From an uncultured Erysipelotrichaceae bacterium (GTDB lineage Bacteria; Bacillota_I; Bacilli_A; RF39; UBA660): a stretch of 64,000 nt of DNA. The stretch's first letter is position 1, and each line of letters begins with the position of its first letter. The notes below the pieces were generated by a model, which was given only the letters and a program-made list of their open reading frames with translations, made no database searches and had not been told where the DNA came from. Shown in pieces: positions 1-14,345 of this stretch. Both the position numbers and the translations under genes were made by a program. The stretch lies in the NCBI GenBank assembly GCA_902791625.1, contig CADAWN010000001.1, positions 35,333 to 99,332 of the forward strand. Reading direction: 5' to 3'.

Positions 1-1463
1 GATAAAGTTGTTAATACATTTTCATTATTTTCATCAATATTATCAAGAGTCTGTTTCATATGGCTCCAACCATTAGTATCAGTAATATTTGAACCATTTG
101 CCACAATATTTCTAGCAAGAGTTGGTAAAATAATTCTTGTATCTATTTTTGACAATAATCTATATTCTCCCTATGGTACATCATTATCTACTAATAAATT
201 CTAATACTCTTCTCTTGGAGTATTATAAACTTCTACAAAAATATCATCATATAAATTTAACTCTGTTCTGTTAGCAATATTAATTCTTCTTGCCTTAGTA
301 ACAGGTTTATTATCAACAGCAGTTAAAAAACCATCATAATATACTGGTTTCCAATTTATACTATTAATAGAATACTTATTTCTTCCAAATTCTTTTGTTG
401 CACCAGTATCATCTACATAGTAAACTTTTTCTTGACTTTGGTTCTACTTATCCCAACTTTCAACTGTTAAAATATAAGTATAGTTATAATTTGTTAATAC
501 ACTACTTTCATCAATAATAGCTGGTTTTTGATTATTAATATAAATAAACTATATTATATCTTTTGGATTAGTTGAGGCTGGCTATAAAGCATAATATTTT
601 AAATTATTATCATAATAAGTATTTGAACTTTGCGCCGCGGCTTCAAGATTTTCATATAAGTAGGCATTGATATATTGTAAATCTGACATAGGAACATAGA
701 TATAATCTCCAGTTATAGTAACTTCATTTGTTAATAATTTAGTACTATCATTTCCTTTTTCATTCCAAAAAATATCATTTTTGCCAGCTAAATCATCTCC
801 ATATTCTAATGGACGCTTTTCATTGGTATTAGCATTAGTAATTTTTAAATCACTTCGTGCCTGCGGCACAGCAAGTTCTAATTTATAAGCTTTTATTGAA
901 CCGCCAAAAATACTTAAAGGAATTTTATAAAAACGTTCTTCTCTATACTCTGTAAAATCTCCCCAGTTCCATTCTGGACGATATTTCCAAAAACTATCTT
1001 CTAAAATTATATCCATAAAATCGTGAACTTCATTAACACTATTGTTTAATTCTGGGTCTAATTCTATATCATAACCAGTTCTTGATAATTCATCTATAAA
1101 ACCATCTGAGCAGACAAAATCTTTCATTATGGATTTATAATTTTTATTTTCGGTAATTGTTTTAATATTAAATTCATACCACTACTCTTTAAAGAATAGC
1201 TTTATCTTTTGTTCATTAAATAAATTCTAAATTAATTCATTTTGAACATATTTCCCTTTTTCAGAATCAAAGTATTTAGTTGGCATTGAAAAAGTTACAA
1301 CATGAGTTCCATTTAATAGTTTTTTAAAATGAACTTTAGTAGCTCGACCTAGGTGCGACATATCGTGCGCACCTATAATCTGCTATTTAAAATCTTGTTC
1401 TTGTCCATTTACCAACTTTTGATTCCATATGCTCAATTCATAATTATGCTTTTGAATTGCCAT
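1..1463 (-). CDS. Tail-tip structural protein (Tal / baseplate-hub-like N-terminus). The 3' end runs off the window start. In-frame TAGs are read as sense.
   Basis: ATG at 1461-1463 lies 8 nt after GGAG. The frame matches track ORF 582..1127. Only TAG (cta on the + strand, e.g. at 582, 1182, 1227) interrupts the frame down to position 1. The gene sits directly after the Dit-like gene, the usual Dit-Tal order. Confidence 0.5.
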
Positions 1464-1477
1464 ACGTTTCACTCCTT

Positions 1478-4027
1478 TTAATAATACTAAGGTATATACT
1501 CTATTTTTGCTTTATTAAGCAAATCAACAAAACCCCAATATAATGGCGGATAGTTAATCCACATATAATTATTAGAATTCCACCACCATTCATTTATATC
1601 TACTCCTAAGAAAGAAAAATATCTATCTAACAGCTTTAAAAACTAAATTTCATATTTTTCAACTCTATATTTTTTAAAACTATAATAAATCAACTTAGTT
1701 AACTCTGTCTAATCTAATTTTTCCTCTGAATACGACTATGGAAAATCAGGTTGTTCAAAATCCCCATCCCAAAGTCTAAATTTAATAAGTTCTTCTAATT
1801 TTGATAAATCATCTGTATCAGTTTGTTTTTCTTCAACAAGTCGATTATTTATTTCTTTAAGTTTTGTTGGATTTCTATTAGGATACTAATTTTCAATAAA
1901 ATCTTTTATAGTCTTTTTATATACTTCATTATAATTAGTTCTATTATTTTCATTAGTGCTTCCCCAGAAGAAAGGTCTAGCATCTAACCATCTTTTTCCA
2001 CCCCAAACGTCTTCATCTACTATTGGACTTATATCTATTAAAGACCAACCAGGTGGTAACTAAAACCAATGTCCTTTTTCAATATTATCAGTAAAACTAA
2101 TTTTTTCTTTATTAACTTTATAGAAATTATGCTGATTTAAAGGATTAACAATATTATCTTCTTCCCATTTTAATTCTCTTTCATTATACAACATTCTACT
2201 TTCAGAGTCAAGTATTAAGGATACAGAGTCGTTTATTTGAGATTCCATATTTTTATCGCAACCACAATCTATATTTAATATTTTATCGAAATTATTATTG
2301 TTAATATCTAGATAATCAAAAGTACAATACTATGGCAAATGAGTAATGTTAAAATTAAATTCACCATAATTTAAATCATTAGTTTGTCTAATATATTCCT
2401 ATGGATTATTTAAAAAATCATAAACAAACTCTTGATACTCACTATCATTTTTAAATATCTTTTTATCAGCATCTTCAATTGTATCATTATAATCTTTATA
2501 TCTATCTAAAATAGCTTCTTTTAATGTTTTCCAATATAATTCATTTCTTTCATCATCGGTAATACACTAATCTCTAAGTTCTTCATATCTTTCAGCATAT
2601 TGCTCACCTTGTAAATGATTAAGGAAATGAGTATTATCAGACATTAGTAAGTTTGATTGTTTATAAAATAAACGAATAAAATAACCAAGTTTTTTCTATG
2701 GTACTGGCTCGGCTATATAGCAATGCCGCGGCGCAGAGTAACCTAAATCAGTATATATTGTAGAATCTTTATGGTTATCTTTAATTAAGTTTATTAAATA
2801 TTTCTAAATTTCTGGGTCACCATTAATATCCATCTTAAAATCTTGTTGTTTTAATTGCCCTAAAACTTCCTATTGTTTACTTTCATCTAAATTGTCTAAG
2901 TGCAATTTAGTAGCTAATTTATCATCAGTTAAAGACTAAAGTTGCTCTGATAAATAATTACTAATTTTAAAGTAATGGGTTCCATATTTATATTGTTCTT
3001 CATCTTCTAATCTAAAAGTACGTAGACCAATCCAATCAACAGCCTAATCAATTGTTAATCTCTAAACATTATATCTACTTATTCTAAAAGTATAATTTGT
3101 ATTACCTCTAAAAGTATTAATTAGATTACTAAGATAAAGTTTAAAATCAATTGGTATATCACCAGGATTATAAATTAAAATTCTATTACCAATAGCAAAA
3201 TTCTTTTTACTTGGGCCTATATCCATATTATAATACTAGGCTTTATTGTATTGCGGCATATAAATTAGTTCCTAATCATAATCAAGAGTTGGAGTAGTTA
3301 ATAACTTTGCCGCGGTTTGCCAACGTGGAATATTATCCCAATAATTTCTTACATCAATTATAGTTTTAGTTCCATTTGGAGTATTAAAAAATAATTCTCC
3401 ATTCTAAACCTATTCTATTGTTGGATAGCCGCCCTTCCAAGGGGTTTCCATATTGTTAATAGTATTATAATGTTCTTTAATAGTTTTATTTAGCGGCGGC
3501 ACTGGGTTATTAATAGCATATGTATCTTCACTTGGTTTAATAATTGATTCTGGCGGAGTACATTTATAATAATCTGCCGCGCGCACTATATATTTATTAA
3601 AACAAAAAGCATAAGGATGATACATAACAAAATCAAAGTCACATTCACCTTTATAAACTCTTTGATTAGTTTCTTTATTTAAAAAACACACATAGTTAAA
3701 AGCAGGGGCACGACTTAATTTTGCACGATAAACTTTATATGGTTCTTCATCAAAAACTAAATCTTTTAATTTATCAGTTGCGAATATTTGACGAATTTTT
3801 CTTATTGTATATTCATCAAGATTATCAAAGGCTGTTTTTACTGATATTGTTCTGCTATTATATGTTTGTCCAAAATAATATTTTCCATTTCCACCTGGGA
3901 CATCCACCGAGTAATCCGTAGGCTCTGGTAATAAATTTTTATTAAATCTATCGCCAGAGGAAACTACGGTAAGGTGGAGGTCCTTAATATGAATGTTACC
4001 AAAGCGAAATCCTTTAAAATCACTCAT
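1478..4027 (-). CDS. Distal tail protein (Dit-like N-terminal domain) with a long C-terminal extension, about 849 codons, many sense TAGs
   Basis: Track ORFs 3410..4027 and 2060..2248 share one frame. I translated 2249-2745 and 3236-3410 by hand and saw only TAG interruptions. The true stop is TAA at 1478-1480. The N-terminus (MSDFKGFRFGNIHIKDLHLTVV..) resembles the siphophage Dit family, and the gene follows the TMP. Confidence 0.6.
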
Positions 4028-4048
4028 ATCTAAAACCTCCTTTTTATC

Positions 4049-7000
4049 TTATCGTTTCTTTAAAATTACATTGGAGCCAGTATATTTTGCGGCTTCAACT
4101 ATACGTTGTTCTACTTTATTCATTGCTTCATCGAGATCATAATCGTTTGCTATTGAATCAACATGAACATCAATTTGAATTGTTGTATCACCTATTGTTG
4201 TCGTAGGAAGTTGTTCTTGATTAACTGGTTGTGAAAGTATTGGTAGGTCTGCAAGTATACGTGCAGCCTCACCTATGCGGCGGGTATCTTCAGCACTTAA
4301 GAACGCTTCAGGACGAGAACGAGAGCCGTCAACCCAAGCAGGACCAGTAAAGTTTACAAGACCACCTTCTGCGAAAGCTAGGTGATTTTTAAGATATTTA
4401 TTTCGATTAATTGAATCAGTTGGTGAATTTACTTTTGGGGCATTGTCATTTATATATTTTTCAGCATCTTCTGGACTTCTAGTCATTTTTTCAACTATCC
4501 ACTTATTATCTTTTAAAAGTAATACTCCATGAACCCAATTATCAGCTTTTGTTCCTTTCTATGATTCAGGAACATATAATGTGTCACTAACCTAAGTATA
4601 TGCATTACTATAATTTGAAGTATTATGTCTTCTTAATTCTTCTGCACTAGTAAAAACTTTATACTAACCATTTCTTTCTCCTACTACAATATCTGGTTTA
4701 ATTTTAACTTCTTTATTTTGAGACGCCGCTGCTGCAGCATAATTAGAATAAGTTCCACCATCGGGAGTTTTATAAGTAGGTTGGGTAGTAGTATTACTTG
4801 AAGTACTATTAAGTTTTGTATTATTCATATGTCTACTAAGTTCTTCCATAGAGGTATAGGTACTTCCATCTGGTCCCTTATAAATCTAAGTAACAGTCTG
4901 CTATGGCTTACTCAATGCTTCTTTATATTTCGCAGCAATATCATCAAATGCTTTCTTAGATTCATTAGCAGCATCAAGGGCAGCCTATAAAGCTTCTTTC
5001 TATTTAGCAACTGCATCAACAGCATCTGCTAAAGCTTCTTTTGCTTTTTTAATTGCTTCTTTATATTCATTACCTGCTTCTTCTAAAGATTTACTAGCTA
5101 ATTCAGTAATACCTTCAGAGGTTGTTCTAACTATTTCTTCAGTTTTATCTGCAACATCTTTTAAATTCTTTTCAGAATTTTGAATACTTCTTAATACTGT
5201 ATCATCAACAGAGGCAACATATTCAGTCTTCTTTTTAAATAATTCTTTCCAATCCTCTTTTTCTTTAAGAAGCTTTTCGTCGCTCATTTTCTCCATATCG
5301 GCGACATTTTCTTTCCACCAGTTAACTAATTCATCACTAGTCTAAATTTTCTAAAGAGCTTCTGTTGCTTCTTTCATCAATGCAACATCATCAATTAATG
5401 TTTCTTGATAAGTTATTTCTAATTCTCTCTATTCTTTTTGTAATTCATAGAATTCTCTTAATTTTTCAATAATATCATCAACAGCACTATCTAAAATTGA
5501 TGTTCTATCATCTTGTACTTCTTTTTCTAAAGACTTAACTTCTACTGCATTGCCACGAGACGTATCACGACGTAATAAAGCTAATTTTCTTTCTTTATTC
5601 TCTAAATCATTCCAACTTCTTTCCTAGTCTCTTAATTTTCTTTGTTTATCAATATTTTTCTATAAAGCATTTAAATACTAATCATCAGCTTCATTCATTG
5701 CTTCATATTTAGTTCTTAAATCATCAATTTGCTTTTGATATTTTTCTCTTAAAACTTCAATCATTTTATCTTGAAGTTCTACATATCCATCCAAAGCTTG
5801 TCTCTGATGCTCTATAAATTCTTCATTTAACTATTTAACTTTATCATCATTATCCCATATTTTTGTTAAATATTCATTAGCTTTTTGTCCCTAAGTTTCA
5901 ATCCATTTTTTCAATGCTTCGGGCATTTTTGCTTTTTGCAAAGCATTCATATTAATTTTAGTACCAGTTTTTTCATCAAATACTAAATAATCGGCAAGAT
6001 TAAATTTCATTTGCCCACTATCTTCAAAGCTTTTGATTAACTTAGCAACATCATTATTATAAACTCTACCAATATTGTTATATGCAGTACGATAAACCTA
6101 ATTTTGTGCTTGAAGTTGAGCTTTTTGGTCTAATAATCCTTGTCCATATACCGCAAAATTTCTCTTTGCAGCATCTATTGTACTAGCTTTTTCTAAGTCC
6201 TTTTTGGCTCTTTCAGTTTGTTTTGTTAAGAAGTCAAGTGCGGTATTATAATTATACATACCATCAAGAGAACTTTTCCAATTAGTACCTTCTATTGTTG
6301 CTTTAAGCTCTTTTTGTTTTTCAGCAACAGTTTCAATTGCTTTTGCTAGAGATTTTTGAGCATCTGCTACTGCTCTAGTTTTGTCTTGCCAGTCTTTATA
6401 AGCTTTATCTCTTTCTTTTTTAAAATCTTCAAGAGTTTTTGTATATGTTTTATAAACTTGGTCTATTTTATTTTCGGCGCCTTTAGCCATATTAGCTAAA
6501 GATTGAATATAATCTTTATTATCTAAACTTTTTTGTAATTCTGCTCGTTGAGTTTGAATTTGTTTTAATCCAGCATTTAAATCATTTAAAGTACCAGAAT
6601 TTATTAAAGCAGTACCATTATCTTTCCAATCTATATCATACTGTGCTGATATATCTTTCCAATCTGCATTATTACGTAAAGCATTCTATTTTGCATATTC
6701 TTTGGTTAACTATTTCTATATTCTATAATTTTCTTGTTCTCCTTGACACTAATTAATAATACTTCGAATTAAGGATTCTTTTTGGTTTAATTGTTCAATA
6801 CCATTTTTAATTTGAGCTTCGATTTCTTTTGTTATTTCACTTTCATTAGTGGCTTGTTTTTTTACATCTTCATTTAATGCTTCAACATTGACCTAATAAT
6901 TTCCTTTTTCATCTGTATAAATATAGTCAGCGGGGTCAAGTTTTAATTCTTTTATTGCATCTTCAATTTTATCTTTATCAAGATAGTCAATAAAACCATT

Positions 7001-10000
7001 AGTAATATTTGAATTAATCGTATCTATTGCTGTTTTATAATTAGTAATTATTTTATTATATTTTTCTTTTATTTCTCCTTCTATTTTAGTTAAGGCACTT
7101 GTACTTAATACAGAAAAATCCCCTAAATTAGAATTTTCTAATTCATTCAAATAATTATTTACAGTCTTTTTTGCTGCTTCTTCTCCAATCTTTCCATCAT
7201 CAATAGCACTCTAGAATAATTGCATTAAAGTGTCTCTAGCTTCATTTTTTGTCATACCATCAAGCTATGATGGATCAAACTATAATAATTTATTTTGTAA
7301 TTCTGGAGTTAAATTAAAACTTTTTATTGTTTTTACAAAACCTTCATATACTTTTCCTAAATCGCCACTTTCTCCAAATTTATTTATTAAATTCTAAAAA
7401 ATTTGTCCTTGTGACTCTATAACTTCAATAGGAAGATTTTTAAAGGTTTTTGAGTTTGTTAAATATAACTTATTTAATAATTCCTCATACTATTTTACTT
7501 CTTCTATTGGAAAAGTTGCATTTAAAGTAAAATCAGTTACACCTAATTTTTTTAATTCTTCAATTTTATTTTTAAAATCTTCTATGTTGTCTTTTGAATA
7601 TTTCTTCTAATAAGTTTCTAATGCTTCATTCGATTTTCTTTCTTTTTCAGTTTGTCCCTCATTAGCCAATTCTTTATAAACATTAGATTTATATAAAGCT
7701 TCAAATTTTTCATTCAAGAATTTTTCTAATCTATCATAATCATTTTCTTCTTCATATTTATCATATTCTTCTTTAGTAACTCCAGCTTCCTCTAAAATAT
7801 TTTTTGTATTAGTACTTAAATTCTTCCAACTAGTAAGCCCCCCAATAAACTGCGCCCAATCTCCTATCCAAGCCTTACTAAAAGCACCAGTTTCTCCATT
7901 ATAATACTTTTCTCCATAATCAGCATCAAAAAGAACTCTATTTAATTTGTTTTTTTCAGAAGAACCTTCATAATGCTAAGTATCTGCTTGTTGCATTATT
8001 CTTTCTGCACGTATTCTTAATTGAGTATCACTTAACTACTTATTCTTTTCTAAACTTTCATTATTTTTTCGTAATTCTGCTAATACAGTTTCATAAGTAT
8101 CTCTATCCTCATTATGAGAATTACTCATATAACTAGCTTCAAAATCTTGTAATGTTGTATGAATCTACTATAATGTTTCTTCAGAAGCTTCATTCTTTCT
8201 AGCTAAATCTTCAACAGATTTTTTAAAATCTTCAATATTAGAACTATTTACATTTGCAATATCTATACTTAAATTTTTCTAATCGCTAGAAGATAAACTT
8301 AAAGAATTTTTTAAATCTGAATAATATTTATTTTTTATATCAAGTTCAGATTTTTTATTTACTAAAGTATTATTATAGAACTACTCTTGTAATGCTGCGG
8401 CACTCTACTATTTTTCTAATTCGGTTAAAGTCTTTTTTCTCTATTCTAATAACTAATTATTTAATTTTATTTTTCCTGTCTCTTCATCGTAAGCGGCAAT
8501 TAAAGAAGGATAATTCTCCTTCAAATTGCTAACTAAATCGCTATATTTCTTCTATTCATCCTCGGTTAAAACAACTTTATTTTTTAATTCATCATACTAT
8601 TTCTTTATATTTTCTAAATCTTTTATTGTATTTTGAGTACTTCTAGCTTCACTCTATTTCTGCTCCAATTTAGAAGTAGATTCATCCAAAGCTTTTTGAG
8701 CATTTTTTACTTGCTATTCGATAGTTTTATTTAACTCTTTTGCAGCATTTGTTTTGATAAAATTAGTTATTCCAGCTATAAAAGCAGAACCAAGAGTCGC
8801 CCCAACAGCAAGTATTGCACCATGTGGGCCGCCCATCTAGATTCCTGCCATAATATTTGGAATCAAAGAGGTACCTATTGATGCAATAACAGCACCACTA
8901 GTTGTATTAGATGCTAAACCAGATGTAATTCCAGCGGCTATACTTGTAGATATTGCAGTGCCTATAGCTTGCCCTTTTAATATGCCTTTTGCTCTAGCGT
9001 CCTCGTAAGCACGATCTATATCTTCTTCAGATGCATTTTCATTATTATTTTTATATTCTGTTGCAAAATCAGTTTTACTTTTAGGTGCAAACTTAGAACT
9101 TATAAAATTAGAACCCATAGTAAGAGTTCCACTAATAGCTTTTCTACCAAGAGTCAACCATGTTGCACCAAGTGCTACTAATCCACCAGTTGACAAATCA
9201 TTTAATTTTTCTAAAAAACCTTTAAAATTATCAAGAGTATCTTTATAAAAATCACTAGTTAATAAGTTAGTCTTAAACTATTCCCAAGTATTAGAAATCT
9301 ATTTCATTCTATATTCAACAGTATCCTAATACTTAGCAAACTGTTGACTACTTCTACCTGCTGAATTCTACGCAACATCAACCAATTGCATTGTTCTCTC
9401 ATAGTTTTCCATAAGAGCGATAAATCTAGATTGTTGTCTTGAACCTGCAGCAATGGTTGCAATATATCTCTAACTATTTCTATCAAGAGTCTTCCATTTG
9501 CCAGATAATTCAAGTAATACATCATCCATATTTCTGAACTAGCCAGCGGTATCTTTTAATGAAACTCCAACACTTTTCAGTGCTTTATCAACTTTATTAT
9601 AATCTAAATCATCAAATTCACTATCAGCAGTTCCAGCAACATTATTTTTCAATTCTGTAAATCTTGCAAGAATTGTCTTCATTGCAGTACCAAGATTTTT
9701 CGGAGCTTCCTGTGTTGCTTCTACCATAGTTGCAAGCATTGCGGTAGTTTTTTCAAAACTCATACCTGCAGAGTTTGCGATTGCGGCAGTAGCACTCATA
9801 GCTTCAGAAAGACCTTGTACGTCAACAGCAGCATGTGCTGCAACTTCTGCATATACATCAGTTACGTGTGCACCTTCGCTCATATCCATATGGAAAGCAC
9901 GAAGTGCCGCGGTCATTTGGGATGTAGCGTCCTTAAAATCCAATCCTGCTAATGTAGCAAGTTTCATTGTCTCTTCAGTTAACTACATAACCTCATTAGT

Positions 10001-11467
10001 TTTTAAACCTTGTTGATAATAAAGTGCAGATGCTTCAACAACACTCTTAGTACTTTGTCCGAGTTTATTAGCCATAGCAGCATATTGGTCATATTGTGCC
10101 CACATATCTTTAACACTATAGCTTGTAACCATTGCAATAGAACCAAAGGCTTTATCTAAATCTTTAATATCATTAAAAGTAGACTTAACTACATTTCTTA
10201 ATGCTCTCCAAGAAGTAGTAACAGAAAGTACTTGTCTTGCTCCTTGACCAATCCTGTTAAATCCACTTTCTATAGATTGCTAAACGCTTACATATCTCTA
10301 GGCTTCTGCTATAATCTATTTTCTTTTATTAATTTCAGAATTACCAGCTTGTTCTGCCGCAGTTCTTTCTTTATTTATATTATCGGTTGTTGTTTTTAAC
10401 TGGTCTCCGTATTTTTTTTCAGCATCAGCTTGCTAATTAATAAGTTCTATTCTTCTCTATTCTCCACTCTAATATGCCTAAACATCTGTATCATTAACAA
10501 GACTATTACTAATATTATTAATTGCATCTCTACGTCTAGTAAAATCTCCCTTCTTATTTGGGTCTATACCACCTTTTCCACTCTTTCCACCAGGCGTATT
10601 TAAACCTGCGTTAGCAATTTTTTCCATGTCCTAAGCAAACTATTCCTAAACCTCATCTGCATTAGTAACTTCAAGTTTATACTTTCTCATTACTTCTGTA
10701 AATGCCTTTAGAGCATCTTCAGCAGAACCAGTTTTCTCCATAGTTTTCTAAAGAACTTGCTAATATTCTTTTTGTGCCGCAGTCTATGCTGCAGCAGTAT
10801 CTATTACTCCTTTTTTGGCTAAATTTTCTCTATTGGCATCTCTACCTTTTTTCGTAGCAACTCCAAACTCAAAGTTACCTGTACCAGTAGTTGCTAAAAC
10901 TTTCTATCCTGCATCAGAACCTATTGCAGCTTTACTTATATCCTACTATAATGCTTTGGCTTTTGCTACTGTAATATCATCAACTATTTTCTTATAAGCC
11001 TCGGCATTGCCAAGTGCTTTCTTTAGCTAATTAGTTTCTTCTTTATCAAGTTTTAGTTTACTAGCTTTTGCAGTAATCTAACTAGTAGCAATTTTTCTTA
11101 ATTCATCCTATTTTTTAACTAACTAATCTAACTAAGAAGCATATTTTTTTATTTCGGCATTTTGTTTAGCATAATTATTAGCATCAGCAAAACTTGTAGC
11201 TTTTACATTTAAAATGCCATAGGTCTTTTCAAGTTGATTAACTGTTCTTGTAAAATCTCTTATATCAGCAGCGTTATTTAATCCTTTACTTAACTATGCT
11301 AACATTTGAGTTGTTAATTTTTCTGCCTTTTCAAGTTCTTTGTCATAACCTAAAAGCATTTTATCTCCGATACCGCCCTTCGCAGCCTCATCACGAATTT
11401 TCTTAAATGAGGCAAGTATGCCATTGGCATCAAATTCGCCTCGTATTTTTATTGTTTTATCTGCCAA
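4049..11467 (-). CDS. Tail tape measure protein, about 2472 codons with TAG read as sense
   Basis: Seven track ORFs (4049..4486, 4664..4849, 5000..5296, 6098..6490, 6893..7150, 8837..9196, 9539..9967) share one frame. The start is TTG at 11467 after GAGGTGAG, with an in-frame TGA just upstream. There is a TP901-type TMP core (KLATLAGLDFKDATSQMTAALRAF..AMKTILARF), long coiled-coil stretches and a C-terminal GGLVNFTGPAWVDG motif. Confidence 0.85.
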
Positions 11468-11481
11468 ATTAACTCACCTCT

Positions 11482-13317
11482 TTATAATTTTTCATTTAAT
11501 AAACTTTTAAGTTTATTTAGACTTAAAGTAATACGTAATTTAAAAGACATTTTATTATACATATCATGTCCAGCAACTGCTCCATATTCAAGTAATTGTT
11601 GAGGATACCTATATTCTCCATACATATTATCATTATATTTCATTTTCTAAATAATTCTATGCTTCTAATTCTAAAATTGTATTTCATTTAAACTATTTTG
11701 AGAACTAGAAAAAATTTCATTACTAACATTTGTATATGATGGCAAACTTAATCCGCCAATACCACTATTTCGGAAATCTGCACTATTTGTCTATAATTTA
11801 TATAATAATTCATATGCACTAGCAAAATACATTGCAACAGGAATTAAAAATTTTCCCTAAAAAATATAAGCAATGTTTCCTACCTCTTGTACTTCAGCTT
11901 CATTTACTTTAGTCATATAATCAGTTCCTAAAATAAATTTATATCCTGTTTCTAGTAATAATGTAATATAATCTTTAATTTCAGGAACATCTTTTTCAGA
12001 AAGATGGTTAGGCTAGCCTTCTTTATCTAAGCCATATTTTTTTAAAAAACCAAAATTTATTAAAAGATAGCTTAAAGTATTTCTTGTATTTTCATCTTTT
12101 ATTGCATTAGGTAAAAAAGTACTAATTTTAATTTCAGGTTGTGCCCTAAAACTTAAAAATTCTTTATCTAATAAATTATTTTTTAACTATAAACGATATT
12201 CCTATTTATCATTATAAAAAACTATATCTGAAGCACTTTGAGAAGTAAAAATCTTCTTTTCTCCTTCAATTTCATTAGTAACTTTTCCATTAGACATATC
12301 TTTTTGCGTATTTTTATAAACTCTTTTTTCTAAATCCTATCCCAATATTTTAATTCCTCGCTATATCTTTTTTTTACCTAATTTATAATCTGCATAAAAA
12401 CCAAATTCTAATAAAAAACCTTTTAAATTACTTGTTGACCCATTTTTTTCAAAATCAATAGAAGTATATCCCTTTAAAGTGTCAACAAATTCTTTTATAA
12501 AAACTTCTCTTTTAATTTTTATAAAATCACTATTATCTTTAAAATAATAGAGAAATCTATCAGAGATAAAATCATAATACTTATCTCCTAAAATTTTATA
12601 ATAGTTTTTTCTAAATAACTAAGTCTTTATTGCAGACTTTAATTTTAAAACATCTTCTTTATGATTTAAATTAAGACCATATAATTTTAGTTTATTCATT
12701 AATTCATCTAAATCTTCCTATTTACTATTTTTAGTTTTATGTATTCTTATTCTACCGTTTTTTGTATCAAATAATCTATCAATAAAATTATCTACAAGAG
12801 TACCAGTAGTATTTTCTATATTCTTCATCCACTTACCTGTTATTTTTTGAAGAAGACTTAGTAAAATTTTTTCTTCATCATCTATACTGATCATATCCGC
12901 ACTGTTTATACTAAAATTTCTTTGTAAAAAATCTAAAGATTCTTGAGAATTAATAATAGTTAAAAGTTTCTATCCAAAAGATAATCGTCCTTTACTTTCT
13001 TTTCCTAAAAATTCCTTAATCAAAAATTTTCTTTTAAATTCTGATGCCCCTGCAGAGTTATATCCTCCACTTGGAGTCCAGTCATCTCGTCCTTTTATTC
13101 CTAAAAATTTATACATATCATTAACTCGAACTAAACATTCGTCAATAATTGATGATAACTCTTTCATTAAATCGTCAAAATTATCTACCTATTGCTACTA
13201 TTTAAAATTTATTAGGTTCCGAGTATTTTCTATAAAATTATCTGTGTTGGAATGTAAATAGTCATTTTGCATTAATTTATTTATAACACTTTGTTCAGCT
13301 ATTAAATTCTTACTCAT
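11482..13317 (-). CDS. Hypothetical late protein upstream of the TMP (chaperone position), about 611 codons, TAG-rich
   Basis: ATG at 13315-13317 follows GGTGAGAGGA. The frame matches track ORF 12970..13167. Manual translation is open to TAA at 11482, and I checked the TAG-only interruptions at 11647, 11665, 11671, 12337 and 12361. Confidence 0.5.
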
Positions 13318-13344
13318 TCCTCTCACCTTCTCTTTCAAAAACTA

Positions 13345-13368
13345 AAGGCGACATTAATCTGCCGCCTT
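13345..13368 (-). terminator. Intrinsic-terminator-like hairpin after the 13367..14263 gene
   Basis: On the minus strand, AAGGCG-N12-CGCCTT is followed by a T-rich run. The hairpin overlaps the TAA stop. Confidence 0.45.
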
Positions 13369-14263
13369 AAATATAATCTTCAGTTAATTCTCTATCAAGG
13401 AAGGTAATCTTAAAAGTAGTATCCTTTTTATCGTCAACTTCTGGATACCCAGTAAAATAAAAATCACTTACAGTAGAGTAATCATAACTTTTACCTAACT
13501 TCATAGCTAAGTTAGAAGATAATTTAATTTTCGGCATCTCCAATATCGCAGTGGTTACTTCTCCACTTTTATCATCCTTTACACTCATTTTCCCATCTAA
13601 CCTGAGAAAACCATTTATAAGTCTATCTCCGACTTCTATTACCTTTACTTTATCCTCATAGGTAAAAGTATAATCAACCGATACTTTCCTATAACTTTTA
13701 TTAAAAAATAATTTATTACCATATATCTAATAATCTAATATAGGTAATCCCGTTTCAATATCATATACATAAATCCAACGAATTCTTGACGGCGGCACAG
13801 GTTTAAGTGCAAGTTCCTATCGTCTACCCATTGGCATAGGTTCTAAATTAGGATTTTCCTAAGCACCATACTAAATATTTGCAGTGTTTGGACAAAACTT
13901 TAATTCAGCATAGCAAAATTGTTCATCCTCAATTGTATGAACCTCCTCCTAAAATGGAACTGATTTTCTTTCTATATTTTTTAATTTAGAATTGCTTAAA
14001 ACTGCCCAACTTTTCTAAGATAATACTCCATTAGTTATTGCAAAATTGGCACTTTTGTCAATCTACCAATCTAACTATAACTATCCATGTCTACCACCAA
14101 TAGCCTAATATTCTTTTGTTCTTTGCTAAACCTAAGCAATTTCAGCACTTTTAAAATTTAAAATACTTTCATTTATCTAATATTCTCTATCACCAATAGT
14201 AACTGGTCGATTAAGTCTTATATTAACATCATAAAGCTCCTTTATCCCGTAGAAATCTTCCAC
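13367..14263 (-). CDS. Tail structural protein (function unresolved), 298 codons, TAG-rich
   Basis: GTG start at 14261-14263 follows AGGTGGTGA. The frame matches track ORF 13367..13588. Manual translation shows about a dozen TAGs and no TAA or TGA. Hairpin terminators flank the gene. Confidence 0.45.
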
Positions 14264-14315
14264 AATAATCACCACCTATTCTCTACAATAAAGTAAATAT
14301 TACTGTTCTTATCTC

Positions 14316-14345
14316 TAAAAAAATAAGCGGTAGTAACTACCGCTT
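14316..14345 (-). terminator. Strong intrinsic terminator after paralog P4
   Basis: On the minus strand, AAGCGGTAGTTACTACCGCTT is followed by TATTTTTTT. Confidence 0.7.
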
